Below are positions 1 to 7,775 of a DNA stretch of 53,315 nucleotides, piece by piece. This stretch comes from a virus (taxonomy: Duplodnaviria > Caudoviricetes): positions 1 to 53,315 of IMG/VR virus record IMGVR_UViG_3300030519_000023; one strand, written 5' to 3'. Positions within the stretch are counted from its first letter, which is position 1. Every line of letters begins with the position of its first letter. A model generated the notes under the pieces. The model was not told the DNA's origin and ran no database searches. It saw nothing but the letters and a program-made list of their open reading frames with translations. Position numbers and translations under genes: made by a program.

Positions 1-34
1 CAATAGCCGAGGATCAGCTGGGGCGTCATCTAAA

Positions 35-397
35 TCAAACCACGGGGGCGGCCGGGGCCGCGGCGGAAGCGGCGGTCTTGGCAGCCACAGCAGCTTCAAC
101 GGCAGCTTCGAACTTCTGGGCTTCGGCCAAGGCCTTGGCAGCTTCGGCATCCGCCTTGGCTTTGTCGGCTTCGAAGTCAGCCTTCACCCGGGTGGAGACC
201 TTGGCCAGGAAGGACTCAACCCCATCGCCCAGAACCTCCGCGGCTGCCTTGATCTTCTTGGCGTCCGCTTCGGCGATGGCCGCCCCCTTCGCGGCATCGG
301 CCTTGAGGTTGGACCAGTAGTGGCCCAGGAACAGCGCCGCCAGGGCGACGAGAGCCCAGATGATGTGGATCAGGTTGGAACTGATGATTTCAGGCAT
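35..397 (-). CDS. Membrane-anchored Ala/Lys-rich coiled-coil protein (lysis cassette 1)
   Basis: ATG at 397 with GAGGA RBS; N-terminal hydrophobic helix IIWALVALAALFLG followed by an Ala/Lys/Glu-rich helix. Confidence 0.7.
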   Translation of the reverse strand: MPEIISSNLIHIIWALVALAALFLGHYWSNLKADAAKGAAIAEADAKKIKAAAEVLGDGVESFLAKVSTRVKADFEADKAKADAEAAKALAEAQKFEAAVEAAVAAKTAASAAAPAAPVV

Positions 398-407
398 GAT
401 GGTTTCC

Positions 408-1079
408 TCAGAAGGTGATGGCGGCGCCAACAAGCGCCAGGGTTTGGGATTTGCCCCCGGCCATTGCCGGCAGGCCCTGCTGGATCAGCTCGCCCACCAC
501 CCGCACCCGGGCGATGTCCTGCTCCACGATGACGCCCACGGCCGACTGGCCTGGGGCATAGAGCAGCCCGGCGGCCCGCCGGTATGTGGGATGGATGGCC
601 TGGCGCAGCTCGCCCACCGCGGCGTCATCCTGGACGAAGGCCTGCCGGTGATCCTGGTCGGCCAGGGTGAGCTGCAGGTTCTGGGCCTTCAGGTCGGTGA
701 TGTCCTTGGCTTGGGCGGCGATCAGGGCATCCTTCGCCAGATCCAGCTCAGGAGGAACCGACGCAGGCTCAGGGTCGGGCATTCCAGGCAGGGGATCGGG
801 ACCAGGGGGGCGAGGAGCGGCCGCCCGCAGCCGCGCCACTTGAGCCTGCAGGCGGGAAACGTTTTGATCGTCGGTGGCGATGGCCGGGGCGATTTCCTGG
901 GCGGCTGCGGCATGCTGATCCCCCTGTTTGGCGGCGGCCTGGGACGCCCCCTGGTCCACGTTGGCCTGCTGGATGTGCGCTTGGTCCCGTTTGCCCTGGC
1001 TGTGGTCCCGGTACATGAAGATGCCGGCCAGCACCAGGGCGAGGCCGGCGGCGCCGATGAGGTAGCCCTTGCCGATCAC
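408..1079 (-). CDS. Putative spanin-like protein (N-terminal TM, coiled coil, C-terminal beta-strands ending in Phe)
   Basis: TM YLIGAAGLALVLAGIFMY, Gln/Ala coiled coil, Pro-rich linker, C-terminus ...TLALVGAAITF; lies downstream of endolysin and holin. Confidence 0.55.
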   Translation of the reverse strand: MIGKGYLIGAAGLALVLAGIFMYRDHSQGKRDQAHIQQANVDQGASQAAAKQGDQHAAAAQEIAPAIATDDQNVSRLQAQVARLRAAAPRPPGPDPLPGMPDPEPASVPPELDLAKDALIAAQAKDITDLKAQNLQLTLADQDHRQAFVQDDAAVGELRQAIHPTYRRAAGLLYAPGQSAVGVIVEQDIARVRVVGELIQQGLPAMAGGKSQTLALVGAAITF

Positions 1080-1279
1080 TGGGGCGCCTTCTCGGTCAGG
1101 AGGACCTGCTTGGTGCTCAGGGCGTGGATCTGGTTCTTCAGACCGTTGCCGGGCATCACCAGGGTGGTCTCCGCCTCGAGGCAGCAGAAATTCTCATCTC
1201 CAGAGATGGATTTGACCTCCAGTTCCAAGGTGACGATGTCACCGGCCTGGATGAGGGTGCCGTTTTTGTCATGGCTCAT
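1076..1279 (-). CDS. Small hypothetical phage protein (DKNG..I..GD.V beta-rich motif)
   Basis: Coupled by ATGA overlaps to both neighbours. Confidence 0.65.
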   Translation of the reverse strand: MSHDKNGTLIQAGDIVTLELEVKSISGDENFCCLEAETTLVMPGNGLKNQIHALSTKQVLLTEKAPQ

Positions 1280-1602
1280 TGCTGATCCCCTTGAGGAAGT
1301 TGGTCATCCCGCTTGAAGTGGGCCGCAACGGTCCCACCCACAAGCAACGTCGCCAGAGACACCAGCACCACGCCGACGCCCTGTTTGATGTCATGGTCAT
1401 TGCCCTTGAGGATCTGGTACGCAGCCGCCCCGCAAAGCATCAGGAATCCCACCATCACCGTCTGGGTCCCGCGAACCAGCGCCCAGCGCTTCGGATCCTG
1501 CGGTCGGTCCTGCCGGATCAGATCCTCGAACCTGCCAGTCCGCGCCTGGGAGGTCATAGCCATAGGGGTTGCAGATGGCGCAGTCGCACATTCAAGCGGC
1601 AT
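1276..1602 (-). CDS. Putative holin (2 TM helices)
   Basis: ATG at 1602 overlaps the endolysin end by 11 nt; hydrophobic segments VMVGFLMLCGAAAY and VGVVLVSLATLLVGGTVAA; charged C-terminal tail. Confidence 0.65.
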   Translation of the reverse strand: MPLECATAPSATPMAMTSQARTGRFEDLIRQDRPQDPKRWALVRGTQTVMVGFLMLCGAAAYQILKGNDHDIKQGVGVVLVSLATLLVGGTVAAHFKRDDQLPQGDQQ

Positions 1603-2086
1603 TCGGCACCGCCCTGGCGCGCACCAGCCAGCCGGCCAGAAACTCCTCATCCTCTGGGTGTGCGGCCTCGATCTCGTTGTAGCGCGCCACCGAGGCGTCG
1701 CAGATTTTCTGGATGAGGCAATCAGGGTCCTGGGCATTGACGGCCGCCTCTGTAGCAGGGCCGTACGCGCCATCGGCGTCTACACCCAGGATGTGCTGGA
1801 CCATGCGGACCTCGGTTCCCCCACCGAAGTTGACGCACAGATCCATGATTTTTGAGGCAACGGCCTGGCTCTGGATCCCATCAAATCGCCAGAACTCGGC
1901 TCGGTAGATCCGCTCCACGTCTGCGTCCGAGATGGCCCGTAGCGCGTCCTCGGTCATGATCCCGTAGTGCTGGGCCACCGCCAGGGTAATGCCATGCATG
2001 GTTGGGCCGCCTCGATCGTTGCGACGGTTGGACCAGCCTCCCTCGTGAGGGAGCAGGAACTGCAGCGCGGGTTCCAGTTGGGCCAC
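1592..2086 (-). CDS. Endolysin, glycoside hydrolase family 108 (copy 1)
   Basis: HEGGWSN..DRGGPT..GIT catalytic motif; C-terminal GWLVRA peptidoglycan-binding motif. Confidence 0.92.
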   Translation of the reverse strand: MAQLEPALQFLLPHEGGWSNRRNDRGGPTMHGITLAVAQHYGIMTEDALRAISDADVERIYRAEFWRFDGIQSQAVASKIMDLCVNFGGGTEVRMVQHILGVDADGAYGPATEAAVNAQDPDCLIQKICDASVARYNEIEAAHPEDEEFLAGWLVRARAVPNAA

Positions 2087-2130
2087 GGATAGCCTCCGGT
2101 CCCAGAATGCGGGGAGGAGGTCGGCCGGGT

Positions 2131-2149
2131 GTCGTCATGGGATGACGAC
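2131..2149. promoter_or_regulatory. Perfect inverted repeat upstream of lysis cassette 1 (possible operator)
   Basis: GTCGTCAT-GGG-ATGACGAC between a terminator and the endolysin RBS. Confidence 0.35.
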
Positions 2150-2159
2150 GGAAAGGGCA

Positions 2160-2185
2160 TAAAAAGGCCCCCGGTGAAGGGGGCC
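2160..2185 (-). terminator. Rho-independent terminator closing the small-gene array
   Basis: Minus strand: GGCCCCC-TTCACC-GGGGGCC followed by TTTTTA. Confidence 0.8.
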
Positions 2186-2200
2186 GATCCGAGAACAGGA

Positions 2201-2437
2201 CTACTTGCGGTTGCGGAGATGGGTGCAGATCGGGCACTGGCACGGCGTCCAGGTGGCGCAGTAATCGGGCGGATCCTGGTGCAGCTTCTGCACTTCCAGT
2301 GCGGCATACTCCAGTTCCTCCAGACTCGCGACCCGAACGCGAAGGGCATCCAGCCCGCAGTCGCATTCCCGGTCCAGGTAGTGATTACAGAAGGCGTGAT
2401 GCACCGGCTCCATTGTAATTTCATGTTCGGTCGCCAT
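2201..2437 (-). CDS. Small Cys/His-rich hypothetical protein (cassette 8)
   Basis: AGGAG RBS and ATG at 2437; H...C...CDCG and CQCPIC motifs. Confidence 0.7.
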   Translation of the reverse strand: MATEHEITMEPVHHAFCNHYLDRECDCGLDALRVRVASLEELEYAALEVQKLHQDPPDYCATWTPCQCPICTHLRNRK

Positions 2438-2466
2438 GTTGGCTCCTGGGTTCGTGGGGTTGGACA

Positions 2467-2571
2467 TCAGCCTTTCGGCTTAGGGTAGGTGGGTGCGGAG
2501 CCCACCGTTTTCGGTGGGCTCCCTGGATTCAGGACTTTCTTGCCGGTGTGAACGGGATGGGGTTGCTTCAA
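2467..2571 (-). CDS. Tiny 34-aa ORF or structured-RNA cassette (cassette 7)
   Basis: AAGGAGGAG RBS and TTG at 2571; TGA abuts the next TGTCCA; contains an 11-bp perfect hairpin at 2497-2522. Confidence 0.4.
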   Translation of the reverse strand: MKQPHPVHTGKKVLNPGSPPKTVGSAPTYPKPKG

Positions 2572-2590
2572 GGCTCCTCCTTTTGGACAG

Positions 2591-2749
2591 TTACGGTTTC
2601 GTGGGGTCTTCGGGACGAGTGGAGCAGAACGAGCATTTCGGGTCGCTGCACTTCGGCGTCCTCCAGCCGCAATCCGGGCACCACCAGGAATCCCAGCGGT
2701 CGAAATACTGCTGGTTGTTGTGCTTGCCGGGGCAATTCAGCATCGTCAT
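2591..2749 (-). CDS. Small Zn-finger protein (cassette 6)
   Basis: GGAG RBS and ATG at 2749; CPDC...CSDPKCSFC..RP. Confidence 0.7.
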   Translation of the reverse strand: MTMLNCPGKHNNQQYFDRWDSWWCPDCGWRTPKCSDPKCSFCSTRPEDPTKP

Positions 2750-2763
2750 GCTCCTGGACAAGA

Positions 2764-3609
2764 TCATTCGTTGACGGCCTTCGGAATCCATGACCCCTCC
2801 GGCATTTCGTCTGGATCGGTTTCGAGGAAGCAGGAACAGGTGATCCCCGGCTGGCGGTAGCCGCCCTTGAACAGGCGGGCCGTGTCTGCGTGGCCGGCCT
2901 TGATGGCTCCATCCTCGATCTGCTCCGCGATGGCGTAGAGGTCGGGGTGGACGGCACGGAGGGCATCCCACTCCTTCTCCCGCATGTTCGGGCAACAGAA
3001 GCAGGAGGACTTACCCACCTCCACCTTCCACCGCCGGTTGATGATGTGGCACTCCTCACGGTTCATGTGCCAGGCCACCAGGGGATACCATGGCATTTCT
3101 GTGGTTAGGTCAACCTCGGGGCTGGAGCAGTAGCGATGTGCCGCTGCCTCAACCCGAGCGCGTTCCCCAGCGTCGTAGCCGATGGCCACGGCGGACCGGG
3201 GGAACCCATGTTCTTTGCGCCACTTTTGCATGGGCTGGATCTTCCACTTCGAGGTGCAGCCGGCCAGATTGTAGGCTTTGCTGGGAAGGTAGCCTGTGCG
3301 CAGGGCATTCTCATGGATGGGCTCGAAGGTGCCATCCTGCCGGATCCACCTGACCACCTCGAAGGGCCACCCCGCCTTGGCCGCCCAAGCGGCGAACTGC
3401 TCAACGGATCGGTAGGTCTCGGGAGTCTCGCTCCCGGTGTCCGCGAACAGGGTCCAGTCCGGGCGAAGGCCCCGCTCGAAGCAGCCCAGAGCCATAGCCC
3501 AGGAATTCGCCCCGGCACCGATGTTCATCCCCCAGGTATGCAGGGGTGGTAGGGGCGAGAAGATCGGCAGGGGCTCGATCTCGTCCAGGTTGAAAAGGGA
3601 ATCGCTCAA
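2764..3609 (-). CDS. PAPS-reductase-like (PP-loop) family protein (cassette 5)
   Basis: GAGANS (PP-loop variant), FADTGSE, CTSKWKIQP, IGYDAGE, KSSCFCCP; TTG start at 3609 after GAGG. Confidence 0.8.
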   Translation of the reverse strand: MSDSLFNLDEIEPLPIFSPLPPLHTWGMNIGAGANSWAMALGCFERGLRPDWTLFADTGSETPETYRSVEQFAAWAAKAGWPFEVVRWIRQDGTFEPIHENALRTGYLPSKAYNLAGCTSKWKIQPMQKWRKEHGFPRSAVAIGYDAGERARVEAAAHRYCSSPEVDLTTEMPWYPLVAWHMNREECHIINRRWKVEVGKSSCFCCPNMREKEWDALRAVHPDLYAIAEQIEDGAIKAGHADTARLFKGGYRQPGITCSCFLETDPDEMPEGSWIPKAVNE

Positions 3610-3646
3610 GGGTGCCTCGGAAGGTTCACGGGTTTGGACAGGTGCG

Positions 3647-3985
3647 CTAGGTGCGCGGGGTGATGGAGAGGTCGATCCCAGACCGGCCCTCGTTGGGCGG
3701 GGCCTGGAGCAGCGGGAAGAACCACGCAAGGCGGCCGTGAGGCATGGCCTGGGGTGTGTAGGGGAACTCCGTCTGGTGGTTGAGCCACTTGACGCGCTTC
3801 CACATGGCCAGGGCCAGGACTTCAGGCGCCACAGCCTCATCCGTCCAGGGGATCGCCACCACATCCATGTCGTTGGCGAGGGAGCCGTGGATCGCCAGGG
3901 CATATCCGTTCTCTCGGGCCACCTCACACAGGCCAGCGTAAAGACCGGCGTAGGCGGGGGCGATGTTTGCGGTTTTCATCGTCAT
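3647..3985 (-). CDS. Small phage protein with a Pol-beta-type nucleotidyltransferase-like motif (cassette 4)
   Basis: GYALAIHGSLANDMDVVAIPW = hGS-x-DxD signature. Confidence 0.6.
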   Translation of the reverse strand: MTMKTANIAPAYAGLYAGLCEVARENGYALAIHGSLANDMDVVAIPWTDEAVAPEVLALAMWKRVKWLNHQTEFPYTPQAMPHGRLAWFFPLLQAPPNEGRSGIDLSITPRT

Positions 3986-3997
3986 GCTCCTGGACAG

Positions 3998-4153
3998 TTA
4001 CGGGTGGCTGGGGGTCAGGACGATGAACCGGGGCCGGGCGAACCGCCGTAGCCCTCGGTAATCGCCTGGGGTTGGGGTGATGGCAAAGCCGTAGCCCCGA
4101 ACGCGAAGCCAGCAGCACCATCGGCAGAAATGGATTGCGGTTTGATGATTCAC
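3998..4153 (-). CDS. Small hypothetical protein, 51 aa (cassette 3; below the ORF-track cutoff)
   Basis: GGAGG RBS and GTG at 4153; MNHQTAIHFCRWCCWLRVRG...TPSHP; the stop is followed by C-TGTCCA. Confidence 0.55.
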   Translation of the reverse strand: MNHQTAIHFCRWCCWLRVRGYGFAITPTPGDYRGLRRFARPRFIVLTPSHP

Positions 4154-4177
4154 GATGCCTCCCGCATCTGGACAAGA

Positions 4178-4312
4178 TCAGGGCTTGTCGGGTTTGTCGT
4201 AGTGGACGTTGACGGAATTACAGTGGGGGCATTTATCTTCGGGGTCTTTTGCCCAGGTCCACCACTTGAACCCGCAAGTCCAGCACTTCATGGGTTGTTG
4301 GGGAGAGAACAT
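4178..4312 (-). CDS. Small Zn-ribbon protein (cassette 2)
   Basis: CWTCG...CPHCNS; ATG at 4312 after TGTCCAGGAG. Confidence 0.65.
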   Translation of the reverse strand: MFSPQQPMKCWTCGFKWWTWAKDPEDKCPHCNSVNVHYDKPDKP

Positions 4313-4332
4313 GCGGATCTCCTGGACAGCCT

Positions 4333-4557
4333 CTACGGCTGAGGGTTTTCCTTCTGCCACTTCTCCCAGGCGGCGATGATGCGCGGGTTCTGGTGCCAGA
4401 GGTCGATGTCGTCGTTGGTGGTTTCGTTGGGATAGAAACTGGGACCGAAGTAGCGGTGATATTCCATCCAGATCCCGCGCCCCAGGTGGACTCGCCTGGG
4501 TGCCATGCAGATGACCCCAACGCGCTTACCGTGCTCTATGAGTGGGATGCAAGGCAT
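4333..4557 (-). CDS. Small hypothetical protein (cassette 1)
   Basis: GGAGG RBS directly after TGTCCA; MEYHRYFGPSF motif. Confidence 0.7.
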   Translation of the reverse strand: MPCIPLIEHGKRVGVICMAPRRVHLGRGIWMEYHRYFGPSFYPNETTNDDIDLWHQNPRIIAAWEKWQKENPQP

Positions 4558-4664
4558 TGATGCCTCCTGGACAGATTCGGCCCTCGTTGAAGCCGGTGCG
4601 GGCCGGGCCGAAACCCGCGCCGGGGCTACATCGTTGGTTCCTAATCCCGGAATAGGATCGGAAC

Positions 4665-5000
4665 CTAAGCCGCCGATTGGGCCGAGGCTTCGGCCAGCCG
4701 CTTTTGCCGGGCAACCTTGAGGGCGTAGCGGTCATCATCCGCCTCAAGACACATCCCACATCTCGTTTTGCCCTTCACGGCGTTGTTCTTCCCGCACTCC
4801 AGGCAGATGCCCAACTTCTTCCATATCACCCGCATCCTGGCGATGTATTTATTGTCATACAGGGCCTTTTTGGCCTTACAGGCTGGGCATCGGACGCTCC
4901 CCTTATGGGGTTTCCCACATGCGATGCACTGGCCGGCAGCTTTCCGCCGCTCTCTCATCCGGCGGTGTGCCGCCCGGTCGGTGGTTAAGGTCCGCGTCAT
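4665..5000 (-). CDS. Basic protein with duplicated CxxCG...RCxxC Zn fingers
   Basis: CIACGK..RCPAC and CLECGK..RCGMC. Confidence 0.75.
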   Translation of the reverse strand: MTRTLTTDRAAHRRMRERRKAAGQCIACGKPHKGSVRCPACKAKKALYDNKYIARMRVIWKKLGICLECGKNNAVKGKTRCGMCLEADDDRYALKVARQKRLAEASAQSAA

Positions 5001-5253
5001 GCCGTCTTCCGCTTCGGGGCCGTCGCTAGGGCCGGGGCCGGAGGGGTCGATACCTTCTCGGCAAACGTCCGGGCCTGGTCCCTGGATCCGAAAGGGCCAT
5101 GGATGGGGCCAGGTTCTTCCCGTCCATTTCCGACATGAGGGTCAGCCAGTGGCCATGCCGGGTCTCCCAGCAATGAGCCACGGCCGACCGCCCAGCCATG
5201 AGGTGGTGTCCGATGCTGCCGACGACGGGAACCCAAGATAAGTTACTGGCCAT
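4997..5253 (-). pseudogene. Small gene with an apparent 1-nt frameshift near 5105
   Basis: Start at 5253 (AAGGAGG RBS) is in one frame; the C-terminus HGPFGSRDQARTFAE, ending in an ATGA overlap at 4997, is in another. Confidence 0.4.
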
Positions 5254-5419
5254 GACGGGCCTCCTTCTGGACTTGATGCTGAAACTGGTCGGCCTTGTAG
5301 TTCTCCCAGACCTGGGGGAGGAGACAGAAACAGAGGACGAGGAGGCAAAGGCCGACGACCCACCACCCGAGTTCCCGGATGTCTTCCTCGGTCAGGGCGG
5401 GCTCGGCCTCGAAGCTCAT
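5243..5419 (-). CDS. Small single-TM protein
   Basis: WWVVGLCLLVLCFCLL; ATGA-coupled to the upstream gene. Confidence 0.65.
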   Translation of the reverse strand: MSFEAEPALTEEDIRELGWWVVGLCLLVLCFCLLPQVWENYKADQFQHQVQKEARHGQ

Positions 5420-5571
5420 TTCCACCCCTTGGCGACCACGTCGTCATGGATGGCTTGCCGTTTGGCCCAGTCGTCCACATGAGCCAGGAACGAGATGGCC
5501 TCCAGCTCGGGGCTCGTCACCCGGGGCGTCCTGGACCGACGTTGAAACAGGTTTTGGATGAAAGCGATCAT
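5416..5571 (-). CDS. Small hypothetical protein
   Basis: GAGG RBS and ATG at 5571; coupled to the downstream gene. Confidence 0.55.
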   Translation of the reverse strand: MIAFIQNLFQRRSRTPRVTSPELEAISFLAHVDDWAKRQAIHDDVVAKGWK

Positions 5572-5589
5572 GCCGACCTCCGAAGGAAG

Positions 5590-5609
5590 CGGGCCCCCGA
5601 AGGGGCCCG
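5590..5609 (-). terminator. GC hairpin with C(UUCG)G loop after DUF932 (weak terminator or processing site)
   Basis: GGGCCCC-TTCG-GGGGCCC on the minus strand; poor U tract. Confidence 0.4.
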
Positions 5610-5618
5610 GGATTGCGC

Positions 5619-6680
5619 CTACATGCCCCTGGAGACCAGGGAAGTCCATTCGGAGCCCTGGAGTGTCATCACCGAGCCGCCCATGTCCTGAAGCTCAATG
5701 GCGCGGTCGTAGTTCTGATTGCCGTTGGCGACCTGGGTGAGGCTATTCGCCAGTCCCCATCTCGTGTGGTCGCGCTCCGCCAGAAAGCTGTAGAGGACCG
5801 ACTTCTTCTCGGCGTCCCGGAGCTGGAATCGGGTAGCCACTTCTTCGACCACCAGTCCAGGATCGCCAGGAACCTTGTCGTTGGCCTTCTCCCGAATCCC
5901 GTCCAGGATCTTCTTGAACCCGTCCTCGCTGGTCAGGGTATTGAGGTGGTCCCGCATTTCGAGCCAGAAGGCTTGATCCATGGCCTTCTTGGTCTCGTCC
6001 TTGAGAACCGTGAAGTCGTCATTGTCGGCCAGGAGTCGGCCGCCCAGATGAGCCCGGGACTTGCCATACTCGAATCCGGTCATGCCGTTGGTGCAGCGAA
6101 GCCGCTTGAGCCAGGGCAGGATTTCGATCTTACCCATGCCGATCTCGGAATTCTTGATCAGGAAGCCACCCTGCACTTCATCGCCGACGCGGATCTCGCC
6201 GGTCAGGGCCGGGGTGACCACCTGGACATAGAGGCGGGATTCGGTCACGGTGGCCGATTCGACCTGGAATTCAGGGCTCCCCAGGATGACCGGGAGCAGG
6301 TATTCAGCCACCTCCTCGTTCTCGATCATCTTGTAGCCGTTACTCAGGACGGCGCGGGCGTTGTCCCCGAGGGTGCGAATCAGGCGGCGTTCCCCCTTGT
6401 GGTTGTCTAGGAGGCGGTTGACGTTGAGATGGATGAGGTCCGGGGCGTTCTCCCGGAGTTTGGTCATGAACCCCCTGGGAATGCCGAGATAGTCAGAAAG
6501 CTGGTTCCGGGCGTGATCGCTGGTCCTGGTGGCGACCGGGCCGGTGGAGTTCATCCAGGTGAGGTTCTGGTCCTCATCCATGCGGAGGTCGGTCGCCGGG
6601 ATCACGAAGTCCCGCTTGTTCTTGGCATTGTCCAGGATGGTCTGAACCAGGACGGGAATGGAGTCGCCTTTGATGGTCAT
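5619..6680 (-). CDS. DUF932-family protein
   Basis: LIRTLGDNARAVLSNGY..IEN, VGDEVQGGFLIKNSEIG, RLRCTNGM, HTRWGLANSLT motifs. Confidence 0.85.
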   Translation of the reverse strand: MTIKGDSIPVLVQTILDNAKNKRDFVIPATDLRMDEDQNLTWMNSTGPVATRTSDHARNQLSDYLGIPRGFMTKLRENAPDLIHLNVNRLLDNHKGERRLIRTLGDNARAVLSNGYKMIENEEVAEYLLPVILGSPEFQVESATVTESRLYVQVVTPALTGEIRVGDEVQGGFLIKNSEIGMGKIEILPWLKRLRCTNGMTGFEYGKSRAHLGGRLLADNDDFTVLKDETKKAMDQAFWLEMRDHLNTLTSEDGFKKILDGIREKANDKVPGDPGLVVEEVATRFQLRDAEKKSVLYSFLAERDHTRWGLANSLTQVANGNQNYDRAIELQDMGGSVMTLQGSEWTSLVSRGM

Positions 6681-6714
6681 GGGTGCCTTTCAGGCTGGAC
6701 GTTGCAGCGTCCGA

Positions 6715-6963
6715 TTATTGGTTAACGGCCTTGTTGATGAAGGTGTTTACCCGGATCCCCTTGGAGAGCATGGAGATCGCGGCGTTGAGTGATTCGAGCT
6801 GGAGGCCCCGGGGATGGGTCTCGCCTCGTTCCCAGCGACCCGGGGTCGCCGGGGAAACCCGGATGAGCCTTGCGAATGCTGCTTGGCTCAACCGGGCGAG
6901 TTTCCGATACCGCCGGATCTCCGCCGGGGAGGGGATTACCTGGGGGGCGTGATTTCGGTCCAT
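6715..6963 (-). CDS. XRE/Cro-type HTH regulator
   Basis: IRRYRKLARLSQAAFARLIRVSPATPGRWERGETHP. Confidence 0.85.
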   Translation of the reverse strand: MDRNHAPQVIPSPAEIRRYRKLARLSQAAFARLIRVSPATPGRWERGETHPRGLQLESLNAAISMLSKGIRVNTFINKAVNQ

Positions 6964-7226
6964 GGCGAATCCTCGTTTTCTCGGTAAAGGGCCAGCATCA
7001 GGGTCTTTTCGCCCAGGACCACGTTCTGGACTCGGGGATCGGGAGAAGGGGCCGCCGCGACCTCGTAGCGAACCGCCAGGATTTGCGTCACGGCGGGCCG
7101 GTCCTGGTAGCGGATGATCCGTTCCCACAGCTTTTCGAGGTCGGTGGTCTTGGCGTCCCGGATCGTGTCGATGGCATTGCCAGCCTGGATCTGATAGACG
7201 GCTTCGGGGATGGTCGCGGTGGCCAT
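6936..7226 (-). CDS. Hypothetical protein
   Basis: Operonic position and typical codon usage. Confidence 0.65.
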   Translation of the reverse strand: MATATIPEAVYQIQAGNAIDTIRDAKTTDLEKLWERIIRYQDRPAVTQILAVRYEVAAAPSPDPRVQNVVLGEKTLMLALYRENEDSPWTEITPPR

Positions 7227-7230
7227 TGGT

Positions 7231-7662
7231 CTACCCGACCTTGGTCAGGAGGTCTTGAGCCACGGCGCCAGAGAGGCGGGACTTGATGCCAGAGACCATG
7301 TTGGTCAGGTAGGCGATCTGCTGGGACAGGAGTTCCAGGGTCACCGGCTCATCCGCCTTGCGGGGATCTGTCACGAGGGCGATGGGCTCCGGGATGGGAT
7401 CGACTTCAATGGGAGCCATGACCTCAAAGCTGTTGCCGTGGCTCCCCGACCCGCGAATGACCCCAACGAGCCCCATTCTTCCGATAGCGTTGGCGATGGA
7501 CGAGACGGTGGCGCGGGGCGTCATGTATTCGTTCATCACTTCCGGGATGGAGGTCTCCAGGTGGACATGGAGCTGGGTCAGGGTGTAGATCCCGGGCGCC
7601 ATCGCCAGGATGGTGTCCGCCACTTTGTTGGCGCGGGCCTTCGAGAAAGGCTTGAGGTTCAT
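7231..7662 (-). CDS. Hypothetical protein, possible winged helix
   Basis: AAGGAG RBS and ATG at 7662; first gene after the promoter. Confidence 0.65.
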   Translation of the reverse strand: MNLKPFSKARANKVADTILAMAPGIYTLTQLHVHLETSIPEVMNEYMTPRATVSSIANAIGRMGLVGVIRGSGSHGNSFEVMAPIEVDPIPEPIALVTDPRKADEPVTLELLSQQIAYLTNMVSGIKSRLSGAVAQDLLTKVG

Positions 7663-7717
7663 GAGATTGCTCCTTGCAGGGAGGGTTGGTTGAGTCGTCT
7701 TGCTGCTTTGATAACCC

Positions 7718-7746
7718 AATATGCGCCCGTGCCTGATACGAGTCAA
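7718..7746 (-). promoter_or_regulatory. Sigma70-like early promoter
   Basis: TTGACT-N17-CATATT with an AT-rich UP-like tract upstream. Confidence 0.65.
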
Positions 7747-7775
7747 TACCTTTTGATACTTTATTTTCGCATGTG

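Larger units (their letters stand above)
2461..4573 (-). repeat. Eight dispersed TGTCCA junction cores, one ahead of each small gene
   Basis: Plus-strand TGGACA at 2461, 2584, 2755, 3635, 3991, 4169, 4323 and 4568; seven lie 0-6 nt after a stop codon; none seen inside the genes. Confidence 0.85.

Noticed and set aside
2764-3609. Calling this gene cysH (sulfur metabolism auxiliary gene)
   Set aside because: Lacks the C-terminal ECGLH motif and any cys context.
2461-4573. CRISPR array or classical attC integron reading of the junction repeats
   Set aside because: The core is only 6 bp, spacing is 120-880 bp and contains genes; no GTTRRRY/RYYYAAC palindromic attC, IntI or cas gene seen.
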